Source: Octopus vulgaris
Lineage: Eukaryota
Length of the DNA stretch: 64,000 nucleotides
Direction of reading: 5' to 3'
Assembly (NCBI GenBank): GCA_951406725.2
Contig: OX597815.1
Location: 165,664,001-165,728,000 of the forward strand
Shown here: positions 13,505 through 29,543 of the stretch, in pieces
Numbering within the stretch: the first letter of the stretch is position 1
Layout of the letters: every line of letters starts with the position of its first letter
Translations under genes and position numbers: made by a program
The notes under the pieces: model-generated
Told to the model about the DNA's origin: nothing
Databases searched by the model: none
The model's input: the letters and a program-made list of their open reading frames with translations, nothing else

Positions 13505-14774
13505 AGTGTTAACTCACAAACGTTAAGTAATATTGATAAAAGATTTTACTATAACGCTGCTTCTATGGCATGATTCTAGTTCTATATAGTGTTTTACTGT
13601 TTGTTTTATAGTTTATATTGAATACAAATGTTTCTTAGTATTTTGTTCTTGTTTGGTTTTATTTTTTGCTGTTTCTTTGTTTAGTTGTTTGGTTTCTGTA
13701 ATGTGTGATGTTAAGTGTATTGTGTTTGAGTTTGTTTCTAGTTCCTATAACATTCACTCCTTAAGATGTATAACATGTACAAATGGGGTTGCATTATCAT
13801 GACACGCTTAGTGAGACATATTAACGTTTTTGATGCGTCTATAACTATTTTGCTGAATGTGTGTACAGCCGTTTCAATTTTAGTGAATGTAAGGATGTCG
13901 AATTCTGAAAACCGCTTTACATTTTGGTGGAACTTTCTCCACCGGGTTTGCTTGAGGTTTGTAAATGCATTTCTTCTTCCTTCATTGATATATCAGCATG
14001 TTGTACGATAATTGGTAGATGATTTGAAGAACTTTGAAGAATTTGCCGCCCAGTTGTTATGCCATCACAACTAAGCATGAAGGAAAGGAAGTGTGTATGC
14101 CGGTATAGATTGTTTTGAATATAATAGGAGGTTATTTGTGATGCTGTTATATCACTTGTGTTATCCGCATTTCTTGAAATTCAGAATGTGTTGAATGCAT
14201 TGCAGTTTCCTGAATGCTGGCGTTTGTGAGAAATGTTAAAGTATTCTAAGTATAACATGGTGAAACAGTTGGTGATGACGGTGATGGTCGGTATACGTTT
14301 CTTATATTCTTTCCTACTCTAAGCTCAAGGCCCGAAATTTTGGAGGAGGGGGCCAGTTGATTAGATCCACCCCAGTACGCAACTGGTACTTAATTTATCG
14401 ACCCTGAAAGGATGAAAGGCAAAGTCGACCTCGTCGAAATTTGAACTCAGAACGTAAACACACGAAATACTGCATTTCGTCAGGCGTGCTTACGTTTCTG
14501 CCAGCTTGCCGCTTTCAAACGTTTCTTATATTAATAGTATATGTGAATGTGGCAAGTTGGCAAAATTATTAGCACGCCTGGGCAAAATGATTGGCGGTAT
14601 GTCGCCCGTCTTTCCTCTCTAAGTTGAAATTCCGCTAAGATCGACTTTATCTTTCATGTTTTCGGGGACGATAAAATAAATATTAGATGAGCACTGGGGT
14701 CAAATGTAACTAACCTATCCCCTCCCTCAAAATCGCTGGCCTTGTGCCAAAATTAGAAACCAACATTAATACTA

Positions 14775-15210
14775 TCTTTTACTCTCTTTTACATGTTTCA
14801 GTCATTTGACTGCGGCCATGCTGGAGCACCGCCTTTAGTCGAGCAAATCGACCCCAGGACTTATTCTTTGGAAGCCTAGTACTTATTCTATCGGTCTTTT
14901 TTGCCGAACTGCTAAGTTACGGGGACGTAAACACACCAGCATCGGTTGTCAAGCGAATATTGGGGGGGGGGGGGACAAACACAGACACACAAACACACAC
15001 ATACACACACAAACATATACACACATACATATGCATACATATATACGACGGGTTTCTTTTCAGTTTCCATCTACCAAGTCCACTCACAAGGCTTTGGTCG
15101 GCCCGAGGCTATAGTAGAAGACACTTTCCCAAAGTACCATGCAGTGGGACTGAATCCGGAACCATGTGGTTGGTAAGCAAGCCACTTACCACACAGCCAC
15201 TCCTGCGCCT
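14775..15210 (-). mobile_element. SINE family B
   Basis: Reverse complement of 7906-8310. Confidence 0.85.
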
Positions 15211-15254
15211 ATAGTATATGTACATGATAAAGTATTAGCAATAGTAGTCGTAAT

Positions 15255-16650
<1,396 letters not shown>

Positions 16651-18501
16651 ATCGGTATGACTCCGGGTGAAACAATATGTGCGTCTACTTTCGTGCGCTA
16701 TTACCAGTATGTGTTTAGCATATTGTCAATTCTTTGTGATATGGCGGCGAGCTGGCAGAAACGTTAGCACGCCGGGCGAAATGCGTAGCCGTATTTCGTC
16801 TGCCGTTACGTTCTGCGTTCAAATTCTGCCGAGGTCGACTTTGCCTTTCATCCTTTCGGGGGCCGATAAATTAAGTAACAGTTACGCACTGGGGTCGATG
16901 TAATCGACTTAATCCGTTTGTCTGTCTTTGCTTGTTCCCCCTATGTTTAGCCCCTTGTGGGTAGTAAAGAAATAGGTATATTGTTACTTGTTTGTGATTT
17001 TGCTTGGTGCATTGGCATGAATTGTAGCTCGTGAGTGTGTGTGCGCGCGCGCGCGTAACTATTATAATAATTTTGCGTTTACGCACAAAAAATGCATGCA
17101 TGTGCGCATGTGTGCATATTCATTACTTTTATTTTAGCATAGACGCTTTTTTGTTAGAACTTACCTGTCTTGTATGACTGCGTTACGGTGATGCTTATTC
17201 GTGAAGAACTTGGGTACCGGTCGGTAAGCAGTTCATGTTACAAATTATTTCTACATATTTAGTTGTATCTCGTATGAGTCATTTGGCCAATAATGAACAT
17301 ACACACTGGTTCAGTTTCACATCTTTATTATTCATCTGTTGGTCAGCTACCTAACCAACCAACTAATCGATTGTTTGATTAACCATTCGGTTAATCAATC
17401 AGTCAGTTGTGTTTGTCAAAGTCCTTTCGTGACCTCTTCAGTGACATGCTCTCTCTACACGAGATCATCTGTTTCAACACGCGTGTTCATATCAAGAATC
17501 GAATCTTGCAAACCAAAAAAAAATAATAATAATAATAATAACGAAATAATACTACATAGCTTTTAATGTTAATTTATTGAAAGACAGAGCCCATAGTCTT
17601 TTATTTCCTCAGAACTTCCTAAAAGAATGGACGAAGGTAACCTCCGACCAGATATCTGGCCTAGACCTTACAACAGAGTTTGCAGCTCCCTTAAAGATAC
17701 CCGAAAATCAGATGATAGTTTAGTTTTGCTGCCATGTGATGGATTAAGTATACAAACCAAGAACTCAGAACGCAAATAGCTGGAGCAAATACTGACACAG
17801 GCAGCTCGCTGCCGTAAGTTTAAGAGCGGTGATTCCTGAACTGCATTCCTCATAACGATAATTTAAATGTCAACATGTCACCGCTCTTATATCATTGCTT
17901 CTATTTAATAATGGAAAAGTTTGATATAGAAACATTCTAACAATGTCCATTTCTACGATGCTGATGTAACTGTTCGCTATTCCCTAACTTTTCACACTCA
18001 ATCTTGAGACATTACATCAAACGCGCAGTGCTTTCGCCTTCCATGCATAACAATAATCTTGTCTCCTTTAACTGCAAAATGACACAATCAGAGCACACTT
18101 TTGAACCTCATTCTCTCTAATCATAGAACACATGCTACTAAAACTGTCAAACTCACTACAGATACGAGGCCTTACAAATACTGACGATCTCTTCCGGTGA
18201 TTTCGCAATCATAATATTGCGAACACTGCGTCCCGAAGACAAACGATCCTCTTTGGAGCAAAAGATATATTTTTAGCAATGGGATACCGCTTTACATTTG
18301 GAACAGTGCTTCTGCTACTCACGAAAATCCTCGACAACACCCCCAAAACAGCTGTAGATCTGAAAGTCAAAGGCTCTATCTAAAAAGCAATTCAATCGAC
18401 CTCTTGCTCTCACAAGTTCTGTCTCCTCGTTCTGCTTTTTTACTATAACAACTTCAACTCCTTAAAGCTCACTATTTGTATACCACCTTAATTCCTTAGA
18501 G

Positions 18502-18712
18502 CAGGGGTTGGCAAACTGGGATAAATTACCCCAAGTGGAATAAACATGAAATTCTTGTGGGTAATGAGGACTCATTAGACATAAGTAAAATTACATTTAA
18601 AAAACCGTGTCCCTTGTTATCTATGATATTCTTCCTTCGAATCAAGGGAGTAACTTCGGCGTAAATAAATATATTTTTGGGGAATCGGTTAAAAAAAGTA
18701 CCCCGAACCCTA
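18502..18712. mobile_element. hAT-type MITE
   Basis: caggggttggcaaac ... ccccgaacccta; 8-bp TSD ccttagag / ctttagag. Confidence 0.65.
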
Positions 18713-20840
18713 CTTTAGAGCGACCTCGTTGCATGTGTGAAGAGAAAGGAAACGAGTCATACTCGCCCATACTGTCTCGCCCATACTGTCTCTTCCTTAG
18801 GCTCAGCGCTAACCATTATACCTAATCTTTCTATCCTTCCTCAGCAGGACGTCAGCACTTGGTAATCCCTTCCTGACTTATAATTGTCAACTTTGAGCTA
18901 TGCAAGCTGAACGCCCACTCGCATCAATCTCACCAGTCTTGCAGGGTCTATAAAGGTCATAGAAATAACCACATTTCTCTTAGCTAATTCTTTAAAATGA
19001 ATATTTTGTGACCACATGCTGCAATGATTTCAGATAACCAATGTTATTTAACAACCTTCTGATATATTTAAATGCCGTCATCTATTGAAGTCATTCACAA
19101 TAGAAGACAATGTCAAAACAATGTAATATTGTTGCTGCATTTCCTGAAAATTTGTAAAAAATGCGATGTGTTTCCATAATTCATTGAACTTTTATAAACC
19201 AATCTTGCTACTCGAACTGGTACAAAAAAATTTTCTTTGAAGATTCACTTTTACTGTTTTATAACAGACAACTACTTGGAATCTTGGTTTCCATACAAAA
19301 AAAAAATCGATTTACGGATTTATTTGATATTAATGATTACAAACTACACTAGTGAATGACTGTTTTCAAAGTTTGAAAGAAAAAAATATATAAAGGAACA
19401 AAGAGACATTATGGAGAAACAGCAAAATTTTGCAGTCTCGCTGTAATGAACGTTGGACAAAAACATCTGAGAGAAATAAATATTTTTACTGTCATAAACA
19501 AGTTTGCTCATGTCAAATGTCGAAAATAAGAGTTTTACAGAGACGTCAAGTTTGAGTTAATGTTATTGTAATAAAGTTTCAATGTTAATTATTTTAAATA
19601 TATATTTTAGATTGAGTTATCTTTCAATTATTTGTTTGTTTGTATCATACAGTGAAGAAAATATATTTTAATTTTACTACAATATATGAAACGTAATTTT
19701 TAAAAAAGACAAAGAAGAAATATATTTCGTTGAAGGAAGAGAAATGAATTTTAAAGCTGCTTACAGTTGCGGTGGAGGGGTTGACTTAATGGGAAAGTAA
19801 CACAAATCACGTAAGAAATTAATTTTGTTCCAGTTTTATGCATACGCGAGCGTATGTTTATGGTCAAAATAGAATTCTGTCTTTCTCTACTTCACATACA
19901 GAAGTGTATCTGTGCGTGTGTGTGTGTGTGTGAATTATAAAATTCATTATGGCCGGGGCTTTAATATATATTTCTTTATTGCCCACGAGGGGCTAAACAT
20001 AGAGGGGACAAACAAGGACAGACAAAGGGATTAAGTCGATTACATCGACCCCAGTGCGAAACTGGCACTTTATTTATCGACCCCGAAAGGATGAAAGGCA
20101 AAGTCGACCTCGGCGGAAATTGAACTCAGAACGTAACGGCAGACGAAATACGGCTACGCATTTCGCCCGGCGTGCTAACGTTTCTGCCAGCTCGCAGCCC
20201 TATGGGGCTTTAATATAGGACTGACGACTTGTTCAACAAGAGTGACTAAATATACTGTCGGACGAAACAGAAAAACCTAGTCAAAACGAATTTCACGATA
20301 AATTTGGCTCTACTTTTGAGTATTTGAGTCTTAATAAGGAAATATTCTGTAGTTATTCTTAAACTTTCCTTAAAACAATATCCTAATTAACATACACGCA
20401 CACATGCATGTATACAAACTCACATTTACAATCACACCCAAAACACACACACACACACACAACAGATATTGTTGTCGTTAAGATTAAAAATCGACAAGGA
20501 ATATATTTGCCGAAAAGAGGATTCGAACATGAATACTTCGTAAGACAGAAATACAAAGTGATTCTGAGTTCTAAATTTCACCTATGACATTTCAAGATCT
20601 TAGTTTATATTTTGGAGGAACTGATGTTGATGTGTATTGCTGCCTCTTCATAGTAAATATGATTAATATAATTGATGGGAAAATAACCACCGAATTTTGC
20701 TTATTTAACTCTTAGTTATACGTCATCCTATGTAGTGTTTCATTTTTGTGTAGTGTTTCACTTTTGCGAAATGTTTCATTTTGTGTTTGGTGTATGTTAT
20801 TTGTATGTTTATTCCGGCATGGCACAGTGTTATGAATACC

Positions 20841-21072
20841 TATTTCTTTACTACCCACAGGGGGCTTAACACAGAGAGGACAAACAAGGTCAGATAAACG
20901 GATTAAGTCGATTATATCGACCCCAGTGCGTAACTGGTACTTAATTTATCGACCCCGAAAGGATGAAAAGCAAAGTCGACCTCGGCGGAATTTGAACTCA
21001 GAACGTAACGGCAGACGAAATACCGCTAGGCATTTCACCCGTCGTGCTAACGTTTCTGCCAGCTCGCCGCCT
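20841..21072 (-). mobile_element. SINE family A
   Basis: 15-bp TSD agtgttatgaatacc. Confidence 0.88.
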
Positions 21073-21099
21073 TAGTGTTATGAATACCGTTTCCATCAT

Positions 21100-21330
21100 T
21101 ACTCATCGAGTTTTGTGGTGAATTATCTATGGAGTAGATGTATTGCTTATTAATGTTTTCCCCTCTATTTTGTATTGGTGTTGTAAGTGCATGGTGAGCT
21201 GGTGGGTTAGTATTGTACTCGCATGGCCTATATATCCATTTGGATTTGTAAAATTTCTCTTGCCGGCTGTGCGTTACCTGACACAGCACAAAACAAAACC
21301 AGTTGGAAAAACATTTGTAAATAACTTATC
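21100..21330 (-). pseudogene. Decayed PLE GIY-YIG fragment
   Basis: Minus strand NGYIGHASTILTHQLTMHLQH resembles the YIGxTxxxLxxRLxMH motif. Confidence 0.45.
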
Positions 21331-22800
21331 TATAAAATACAGAAATCCCTAGGAAAACAGACGATTTTGGAAGCCATAACTATTGCACAATACAATGCCA
21401 TAGATAACATGCAAACTAAACTTTATATTTGTATCCGCGTGACTACTGCTTAACTTATTCCCTATAATTTTTTTCAATTTCATTTGATATCCTCCAATAA
21501 CCCAAGCTTAGCCAGATTCATACACCCTGACAAAAACATTAACATACTTGAAATTCTCAAAAGTAACAACTAAGATCATGCGAATTAAGAAATAGAAAAA
21601 TTAATTAGCTCAACTACTGTCCGATGTATCGATAATGTATTTACTACTTGAATAAAGAAAATTATCTATTTAGCAATTTTTATCACCTATGAAGATTTAT
21701 ATATTGAAAATTTCGTCACACAATAAAAAATAAGATTAAACAACACCGGGAATTTTAAAATTAGATTGATAGTCTTCTAATAGATTGAAGTTGTAAGAAT
21801 AAACTGAAAATATTTGGCACTTTTAACATCAAAACCTGGCTAAAATTATTTTAATTCGTTATGAAAACAAAAGCTTTCAAATTGTGTTTAGTCAATTTTA
21901 TGCAACATTTCACCTTTTTTTTCTGGTCAGACGCAAGGGGATGAGCCTATAGCTTTCATCAGCTCTCTGGGGCGAGTGATTTTGATACTGTTAAGATTTC
22001 ATTTAAACATTTGAGAGTCAGAGTCTGCAGGAAAATCATTAGCACAGAAAAATTTTCAGTGGGGGGGCGACCTTTGATGAAGAAAGAGTAGAAATTAGAG
22101 CGCGGCTTAGGGTAGGGATGGGTGGACACAACACGGACGGTGAAAGAAAAGACAAGTGAGTTGGTAGTGAATGAACAGAGATGATACGAGACCAATCACA
22201 TCTGAGCAGGAGAAGCCATTATAATAGCGACAGAAAATTTAAAGAGCGAGAGGGGAGGGAGAGAGGAAAGAGAGAGAGAGAGAAAGAGTCGCGGAAAGAG
22301 TGAGGGAGAGGTGGACAGTGGAAACAGCTTGTTTATGGGTCGGAGGCTGGCGCGTGTCTGAGCGTTAAGTTATGCCAGTTAGTCGAATAACCTCTATCAG
22401 AATCGATCGAAAATATACGTGTGTGTAACAATAGCTCCTCAGTTCAATTTGTGTGAACAGTGCACCATTGTAGATTTCATCTGAGCTTTGTACAGAGAGG
22501 GCTAGAAATTGTGGTAGTTACTTTTTGCTCTGAAAGAAAGTACAATGAATGAAAAGCGGTGGTAACTAAGTTAAGGATGAGTGTTCGCCATGAGAAATCC
22601 TAAATGAAGGTGCAACTTAGCATTTGAAGCAATAATGGTGGCTTTCCTTACGCGCTGCTCCTATTTTGTCGGGTGAAATGCTATGATATTTTTTCTATGA
22701 GTAGCGCTTGTATTTTTTCACTGCTGAGAATTAAACAAAAAAAGATATTATGCAAGTAACCGAACACGATGTTGTTTGTGCGCGCGCGTACGTGCATATA

Positions 22801-22832
<32 letters not shown>

Positions 22833-23374
22833 TGTATGTGTGTATGTGTGTGTGTATGTGTGTGTGTGTGCGTTTGTGTGTGTGTGTGTGTAAGTAACCG
22901 ACTGATGTTACACAGATCCAATGCACAACAGCTCGCTGTTTTGGAAAGTTAAGCAATTTACCGAGTCATGCAATTAAACGAAATAGCTTATATTAACGTC
23001 AAAATACTCTACACATCTTCCTGTCCCTTCTCTCTCTCTCTCTCTCTCTTTCTTTCTCTCTTTCTTTCTCTGTACGTCTCTCTTTCTCTCCCTCTCTTTC
23101 TGCCTCTCACTCTATTGTTTATTCTATTACAACAATGGCCGCTACACGACTCAACTATTATCTCCTCGTCCCTTTAATGAGTTAATTCACGAATCCGTCA
23201 CTAAATAATTCAATAAAATAATTCAATAAAGCCTTTCCCAAAACTCTGGACATTTTTACTTCCTGTTCATATTTTTCCCAGCTGGCATCAATCTACAGAA
23301 GTTCAAGCTGAATATTAACTGCGTCAAAGGAAATCGAATAGAGTCACATGGACGCTGTCCATCCTTCATCAAAC

Positions 23375-23428
<54 letters not shown>

Positions 23429-23819
23429 TTTTCTATTATAGGTACAAGGCCTGAAATTTTGGGGGAAGGGAACTAGTCAATTACATCACTGGTATTTAAT
23501 TTATCGACCCCGAAAGGATGAAAGACAAAGGCGACCTCGGCGGAACTAGAACTCAGAACGTAGCAGCAGACGAAATACCTATTTCTTTACTACCCACAAG
23601 GGTCTAAACGCAGAGGAGACAAACAAGGACAAACAAACGGATTAAGTTGATTATATCGACCCCAGTGCGTTACTGGTACTTAATTTATCGACCCCGAAAG
23701 GATGAAAGGCAAAGTCGACCTCGGCGGGATTTGAACTCAGAACATAACGGCAAACGAAATACGGCCACGCATTTCGCCCGGCGTGCTAACGTTTCTGCCA
23801 GCTCGCTGCCTCAATAGTA

Positions 23820-23856
<37 letters not shown>

Positions 23857-24050
23857 CGACGACGACGACGACGACGATGATGATGATGATGATGACGTTG
23901 ATGATGGCGATGATGATAACGATGATGATGACAACGAGGACAACGACGACGATGATGATGATGATTAAATGAAAGAACAACGGAGACCCAATACCTGCAT
24001 TGCGCACTTGCTCCTTCATATAGTACGTGTGCATATATGTCTGTATGAGC

Positions 24051-24091
<41 letters not shown>

Positions 24092-25049
24092 TATGGGAGT
24101 GCGTGCGTATGTGAGCGCATGTGTGTGTATATGTATATGTGTGTATAGGTATAGGCGGCGAGCTGGCAGAAACGTTAGCACGCCGGGCGAAATGCGTGGC
24201 CGTATTTCGTCTGCCGTTACGTTCTGAGTTCAAATTCCGCCGAGGTCGACTATGCCTTTCATCCTTTCGGGGTCGATTAAATAAGTACCTATTTCTTTAT
24301 TACCCACAAGGGGCTAAACACAGAGGGGACAAACAAGGACAGACATAGGTATTAAGTCGATTACATCGACCCCAGTGCGTAACTGGTACTTAATTTATCG
24401 AGCCCGAAAGGATGAAAGGCAAAGTCGACCTCGGCGGAATTTGAACTCACAACGTAACGCAGACGAAATATCGCTAAGCATTTCGCCCGGCGTGCTAACG
24501 TTTCTGCCAGCTCGCCGCCGTATTAAATAAGTACCAGTTACGCACTGGGGTCGATATAATCGACTTAATCCGTTTGTCTGTCCTTGTTTGTCCTCTCTGT
24601 GTTTAGCCCCTTGTGGATAGTAAAGAAATAGATATGTATATGTGTGTGTGTGTGTGTGTGCTTGTACTGGTGCGCTGCCCTTGAGAAAGTAAATGAGTGC
24701 ATTTGTGTGTGTGTGTGTGTGTGTGTACGGATATGAGTGAGTGTGTCTCCACTGTGCGTTCATCGGTGAGTCACGTCAATTACACTTTACGTCGGTGTGA
24801 CTTAGAAAGTCTAACATTTATCTAGCCGATGACATTTACCAATTGTTTTCTCTGAAGCAAACAAGGATACTTTCAAGGTTTCTGAATCTAAATCTAGAGT
24901 ATTGTTTTATTGCGCGTATCTGAATTACCGTATATATCCTTTGGTGGTAAAACACACACATTCACACATTATATACATACATATGCGTACATATATACGT
25001 ACATACACACATATATACATATATACATACATATATATACATACATACT

Positions 25050-25081
<32 letters not shown>

Positions 25082-25162
25082 TATATGTATTATGTATGTG
25101 TATATGTATTTTTATGAGTATGTATATGTGAATGTATGTATGTACGTATGTATGTATGTATA

Positions 25163-25232
<70 letters not shown>

Positions 25233-25279
25233 GGAGTAAACACATAAATGTGAAACAAGGTAGAAAAAAGATTCTAGCA

Positions 25280-25326
25280 AAAACTGTCCGACGAACGGCA
25301 ACGCGAAACTCAGAGTAACACGTTTT
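25280..25326 (+). ncRNA. Hammerhead-like motif, U4C core
   Basis: aaaactgt CCGACGA acg gcaa cgc GAAA ctcagag UA acacgtttt, in a ~125-bp island between (TA)n tracts. Confidence 0.6.
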
Positions 25327-25550
25327 GTGGAATTTTCTGCTGCTTTAAATAAAGTATATATATATATATATATATATATATCTAGATAGATAAGAAAGTT
25401 GATTTGTGAAAGCACGTGGTTGAATATATAGAAAATAGTAAAAAGTGAAAAAACTACAGAAGGCTTGTTTTAAAAGGTTAAAAAATATATATTTGAGTCA
25501 ATATGTCTGAAGAATATTAAAAACTTTTTTCTTACAATGACATAGTTTAG

Positions 25551-25589
25551 AAGAAAGACCGGTTTCGCGTTTAGCTTTTCAAATTTCTT
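25551..25589 (-). ncRNA. Hammerhead-like motif, U3-A8 core
   Basis: Minus strand: aagaaat UUGAAAA gc taaac gc GAAA ccgg UC tttctt. Confidence 0.6.
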
Positions 25590-25643
25590 ACGTCGTTATG
25601 TTTATGTTGAGCAGAGTTATCGTTATGTTTATGTTGAAAAGAG

Positions 25644-25690
<47 letters not shown>

Positions 25691-25700
25691 ATATAATGTA

Positions 25701-25748
<48 letters not shown>

Positions 25749-26079
25749 GTGAAAATAGGATAAAATCTTCATAAGAAATTATCAAGTAGTTAGCGTGAAA
25801 AACCTCATGAGAAAAATCTGTAAATTTTTTCCCTTAAATATATTTATTTATTTATAATGCTCTCTCTCTCTATATATATATATATATACACACATATATA
25901 TATATATATGCATACATGCATACATACACACGTACATACACACGTACACATGTGCCAACGCACGAAACTTTCGGACCTTGAGTCACTCGGCTGCTTTTTC
26001 TAAATATTAATAATATAAATATGTATATATAGTATATGTATTTTGAGTTCTACTTTTCCTGTTTGCATCACCATACCTA

Positions 26080-26183
<104 letters not shown>

Positions 26184-26262
26184 TATATATACATACACAT
26201 ATACATATATATATACATCCATATACATATACATATATATATATACATACATATACATATAC

Positions 26263-26346
<84 letters not shown>

Positions 26347-26445
26347 GCATATATATATATATAAAGTATAGGAAAGAATGGAGCTGAACGAAGATTTAAC
26401 AAAATTCCTTTATTTTATTTTCGACATATGTTTCGAGTTCCTGGA

Positions 26446-26529
26446 TTTTCCTGAAGAGAAAGCTGCAAAATGGACTCCTTATTCAATCGGAATTAGGGAC
26501 TTTGCAGACTTCGAAACATATGTCGAAAA
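26446..26529 (+). ncRNA. Type-I hammerhead ribozyme, same family as 9137
   Basis: ttttc CUGAAGA gaaagctgcaaa...tttgcagacttc GAAA catatg UC gaaaa; predicted cleavage after 26524. Confidence 0.8.
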
Positions 26530-27008
26530 TAAAATAAATGAATTTTGTTAAATCTTCGTTCAGCTCCATTCTTTCCTATACTTAATATATAAAACTTCAA
26601 ATTTCCGCACTAAGGCACGGATTTTATGCCCCATGGTCGTAACTTCAACCGGGCCCTTTCTGTTGTGATTTTTGCTACCCAGGTATCGGTTATCATTTGA
26701 ATTATCCATAATAAGATAATTCATTTATCTACTTCAATAACTATATATATAGATATATATATGTATGTGTGTGTGTGTGTGTACTGGATGCAGGCTTACC
26801 TGGATGGGGGTGCTTGTCTCCCTTTGTAAACATAAGGACACAGGAAATGTGTCAAGGCCGACAGGAAGCGTTGATGCTTCCTAGGGCTAAATAGCGGTGG
26901 TATGATACCCTTTATGGGACTGTCACGTTAAGTTGACAGTATACAACTGCTCTATCGTACCACCACTGCTCATATCTCTCCGAGATATTTAGAAACGTAA
27001 TATTTCTA

Positions 27009-27071
<63 letters not shown>

Positions 27072-27080
27072 GTGTGTGCA

Positions 27081-27140
<60 letters not shown>

Positions 27141-27142
<2 letters not shown>

Positions 27143-27364
27143 CGAGGATTGCTGAAAAGTTTCTGACTTTAAGGGTCTTGCGAGAAAGGCTTGGCTGGAG
27201 TCTCAATCTTTCCAGTTCTGTTATAGGGCTTAGAAAATTTAAAGGACCGCTGCAGTAAGTGCATGAATCTGAGAGAGGAATATATGTTGAATAAAATCAT
27301 AATTCACTGATCCTACTGTGTTTTCCTTTACCGAAAGTCAGGAACTTTTCAACACCCCTTCATA
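27141..27364. mobile_element. mariner-like MITE
   Basis: tacgaggattgctgaaaagtttctgacttt / aaagtcaggaacttttcaacacccttcata; TA flanks. Confidence 0.7.
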
Positions 27365-27374
27365 TGTATATGCG

Positions 27375-27447
<73 letters not shown>

Positions 27448-28189
27448 CTAAGAAATTGATAAATATCCGTGACTTGTAATTTAGGTACGGGCCTAGAAGA
27501 TTTAAGAGGAGGGTTGTAGTCGCTACCCAGCGATCCCAGTCTTTACATGCGTTTTATTTTATCAAAGAAAATTCCACAACTTGAGGCAGTCTTGCGTATG
27601 TACAATGCACTAATGGCTATAACAACCGTAAGAACTAAAGAAAGATACGCGTCTATTCAATGCGAAATGTTACCAAACACCGTGTTTAACTGGCCAGGCT
27701 AAGTGCATTACATACCACTTCAGCTTTTAAAGTTCAAATTTTGGTATTGTTGTTTCTAAAGTATAATGAACTTATTTACTATTGACACTTATAAACTTCA
27801 TATACCTATAATATTTTATAGATGTTGGTGAATATTTAATAAAATATAAAAGAAAACTAAAATGTTAAACCTTTTGGATTACATTTTGTTACACAGGTTG
27901 GAAAGAAATTGCTTTACTGATGACGATAATGATGTGGACGTTACAGTGTCATATTTCGTTCTTTGGAAATAAATGTTAGATATGTTGGTGATAAGCGATT
28001 TTGAACAAGAGGCATATTTCTTTAGAGTGTCAGCGATCATTTTTATTAATTAAGCTTTGATTTAATCCTTAATTTGTTTTCAACTCATTTTTGTGAAGAA
28101 TAAAAGCATATAAATCGCTATGTTCCGTTAAATGCCTAATTTGTGTTTATTTTCTTGACTAAATTATGTTAATTTATTTTTCTTTCTAG

Positions 28190-29543
28190 ATTTGGTTTTG
28201 GCAAGTCTATATGCAACAGTCTTTATGTTCGGCCCTATGCCCTACAAAATAATTGGTATGGAAGCAAACCTGAAACTTGAAACAATCAAAGAAGCAAGTT
28301 CTTCCGAAAACGTCACCAGTTTATTCGAGAATAACACATCACTCAATGTCTCAAGCGGTAAGAAAAAAGAATACTACACAACCTACCTTTATGAAATCAT
28401 TGTTACTGTAGTATTAGATGCCGAAGAAACATGCATTTTGAATTATGGCGACGATACTGAAGAAGAAGAAATAGTTTTTCCTCTTGGTTTAGGTTCGAGA
28501 TCAATTGATCATGAATATATAAATTCAGGATCTTATAACATAACTTGTACGTGCACAGATATTGTTCGAGCAGTTGACGTGCCGATTCCAAGTACAGAAG
28601 GCGACATTAGTTTTACTATTTCAGGCGACAAATATTATCATGGCCCTGCTGTTGTTCTTGATGTTATGATACAAGCAAAAACCATTTTCGGGGAATGGGA
28701 ATGTATCATATATATTGATAAGGAGGATTTTGATAAAATTAATATTAAGCATGGGAAAAATAAAAAGGATGATGACGAATTCACTTCCGTTGACACTGAG
28801 ATCATTATTAACGAACCTGGATGGCATAAAATTGGTTTGGAATGTAGTTTGGATGACTACGTTATGTACAAATACGAAAACGTCTTTATTCAAGACAAAT
28901 GTTTTAACAAAACCATCTTTACATTATATCCCCGTACAACAATTCAAAGTCCATTCGTAATATTCAGAATTGACGAAAAAGTCAAGCTTTCACAATCAGA
29001 TTTTGTTTTATGTAAATCAAAACCACTGACTTACTTATGGAAGCTTCAGAAAATGATTGAAGGTGAATTAAGAGATATAGAGCACGAAAATATAACACTT
29101 GATTTAGAATATCTGGATTTTCTCCCTTATTCTACACACGGTTTGTACAAAATCGATTTGGAAGTAAGCAGTGACGACAGGAAAGTTTCCGATACTATAT
29201 ATATCAAATTCAGCGAAGTACTAAAACCATTATCATTTTTAGGCGGAGATATAAGTACGAAAAGTCTAGGAACCACCTTATATGTATTGCACGAAATCGC
29301 TGAATATTATATGTGGTGTTATAGGAATACAACACAAAAATTAAATTTTACTGAGGATTCGATACAAGTAAAAAGTGATGCTAATTACAACTGTTCCGAC
29401 TTTACAAACGATACATATTTTGATATACCAAACGAAAAGCCTGGACTATATCTCATTAAAGTGATCGCTGTGTCTGATTTTGGCTTCAGAATTATCCAGA
29501 AACATTTACAAGTTGATATCTCAACATTGGATATTAATATCAG
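28190..29543 (+). CDS. Large coding exon of a PKD1/REJ-like (polycystin family) extracellular protein
   Basis: 458-aa non-repetitive ORF; polypyrimidine acceptor tctttctag at 28181-28189; donor ag|gtacag at 29544 (phase 2); PKD-repeat-like NYGDD...DHEYINSGSYNITCTC; hydrophobic N-terminal stretch; many NxS/T sites. Confidence 0.8.

Noticed and set aside
23282-23376. Possible exon after a tttttcccag acceptor
   Set aside because: Short open frame runs into (AAT)n with no convincing donor or protein motif
27897-27990. Upstream coding exon of the REJ-like gene
   Set aside because: Acceptor-like site is present, but all frames stop and no strong phase-1 donor was seen
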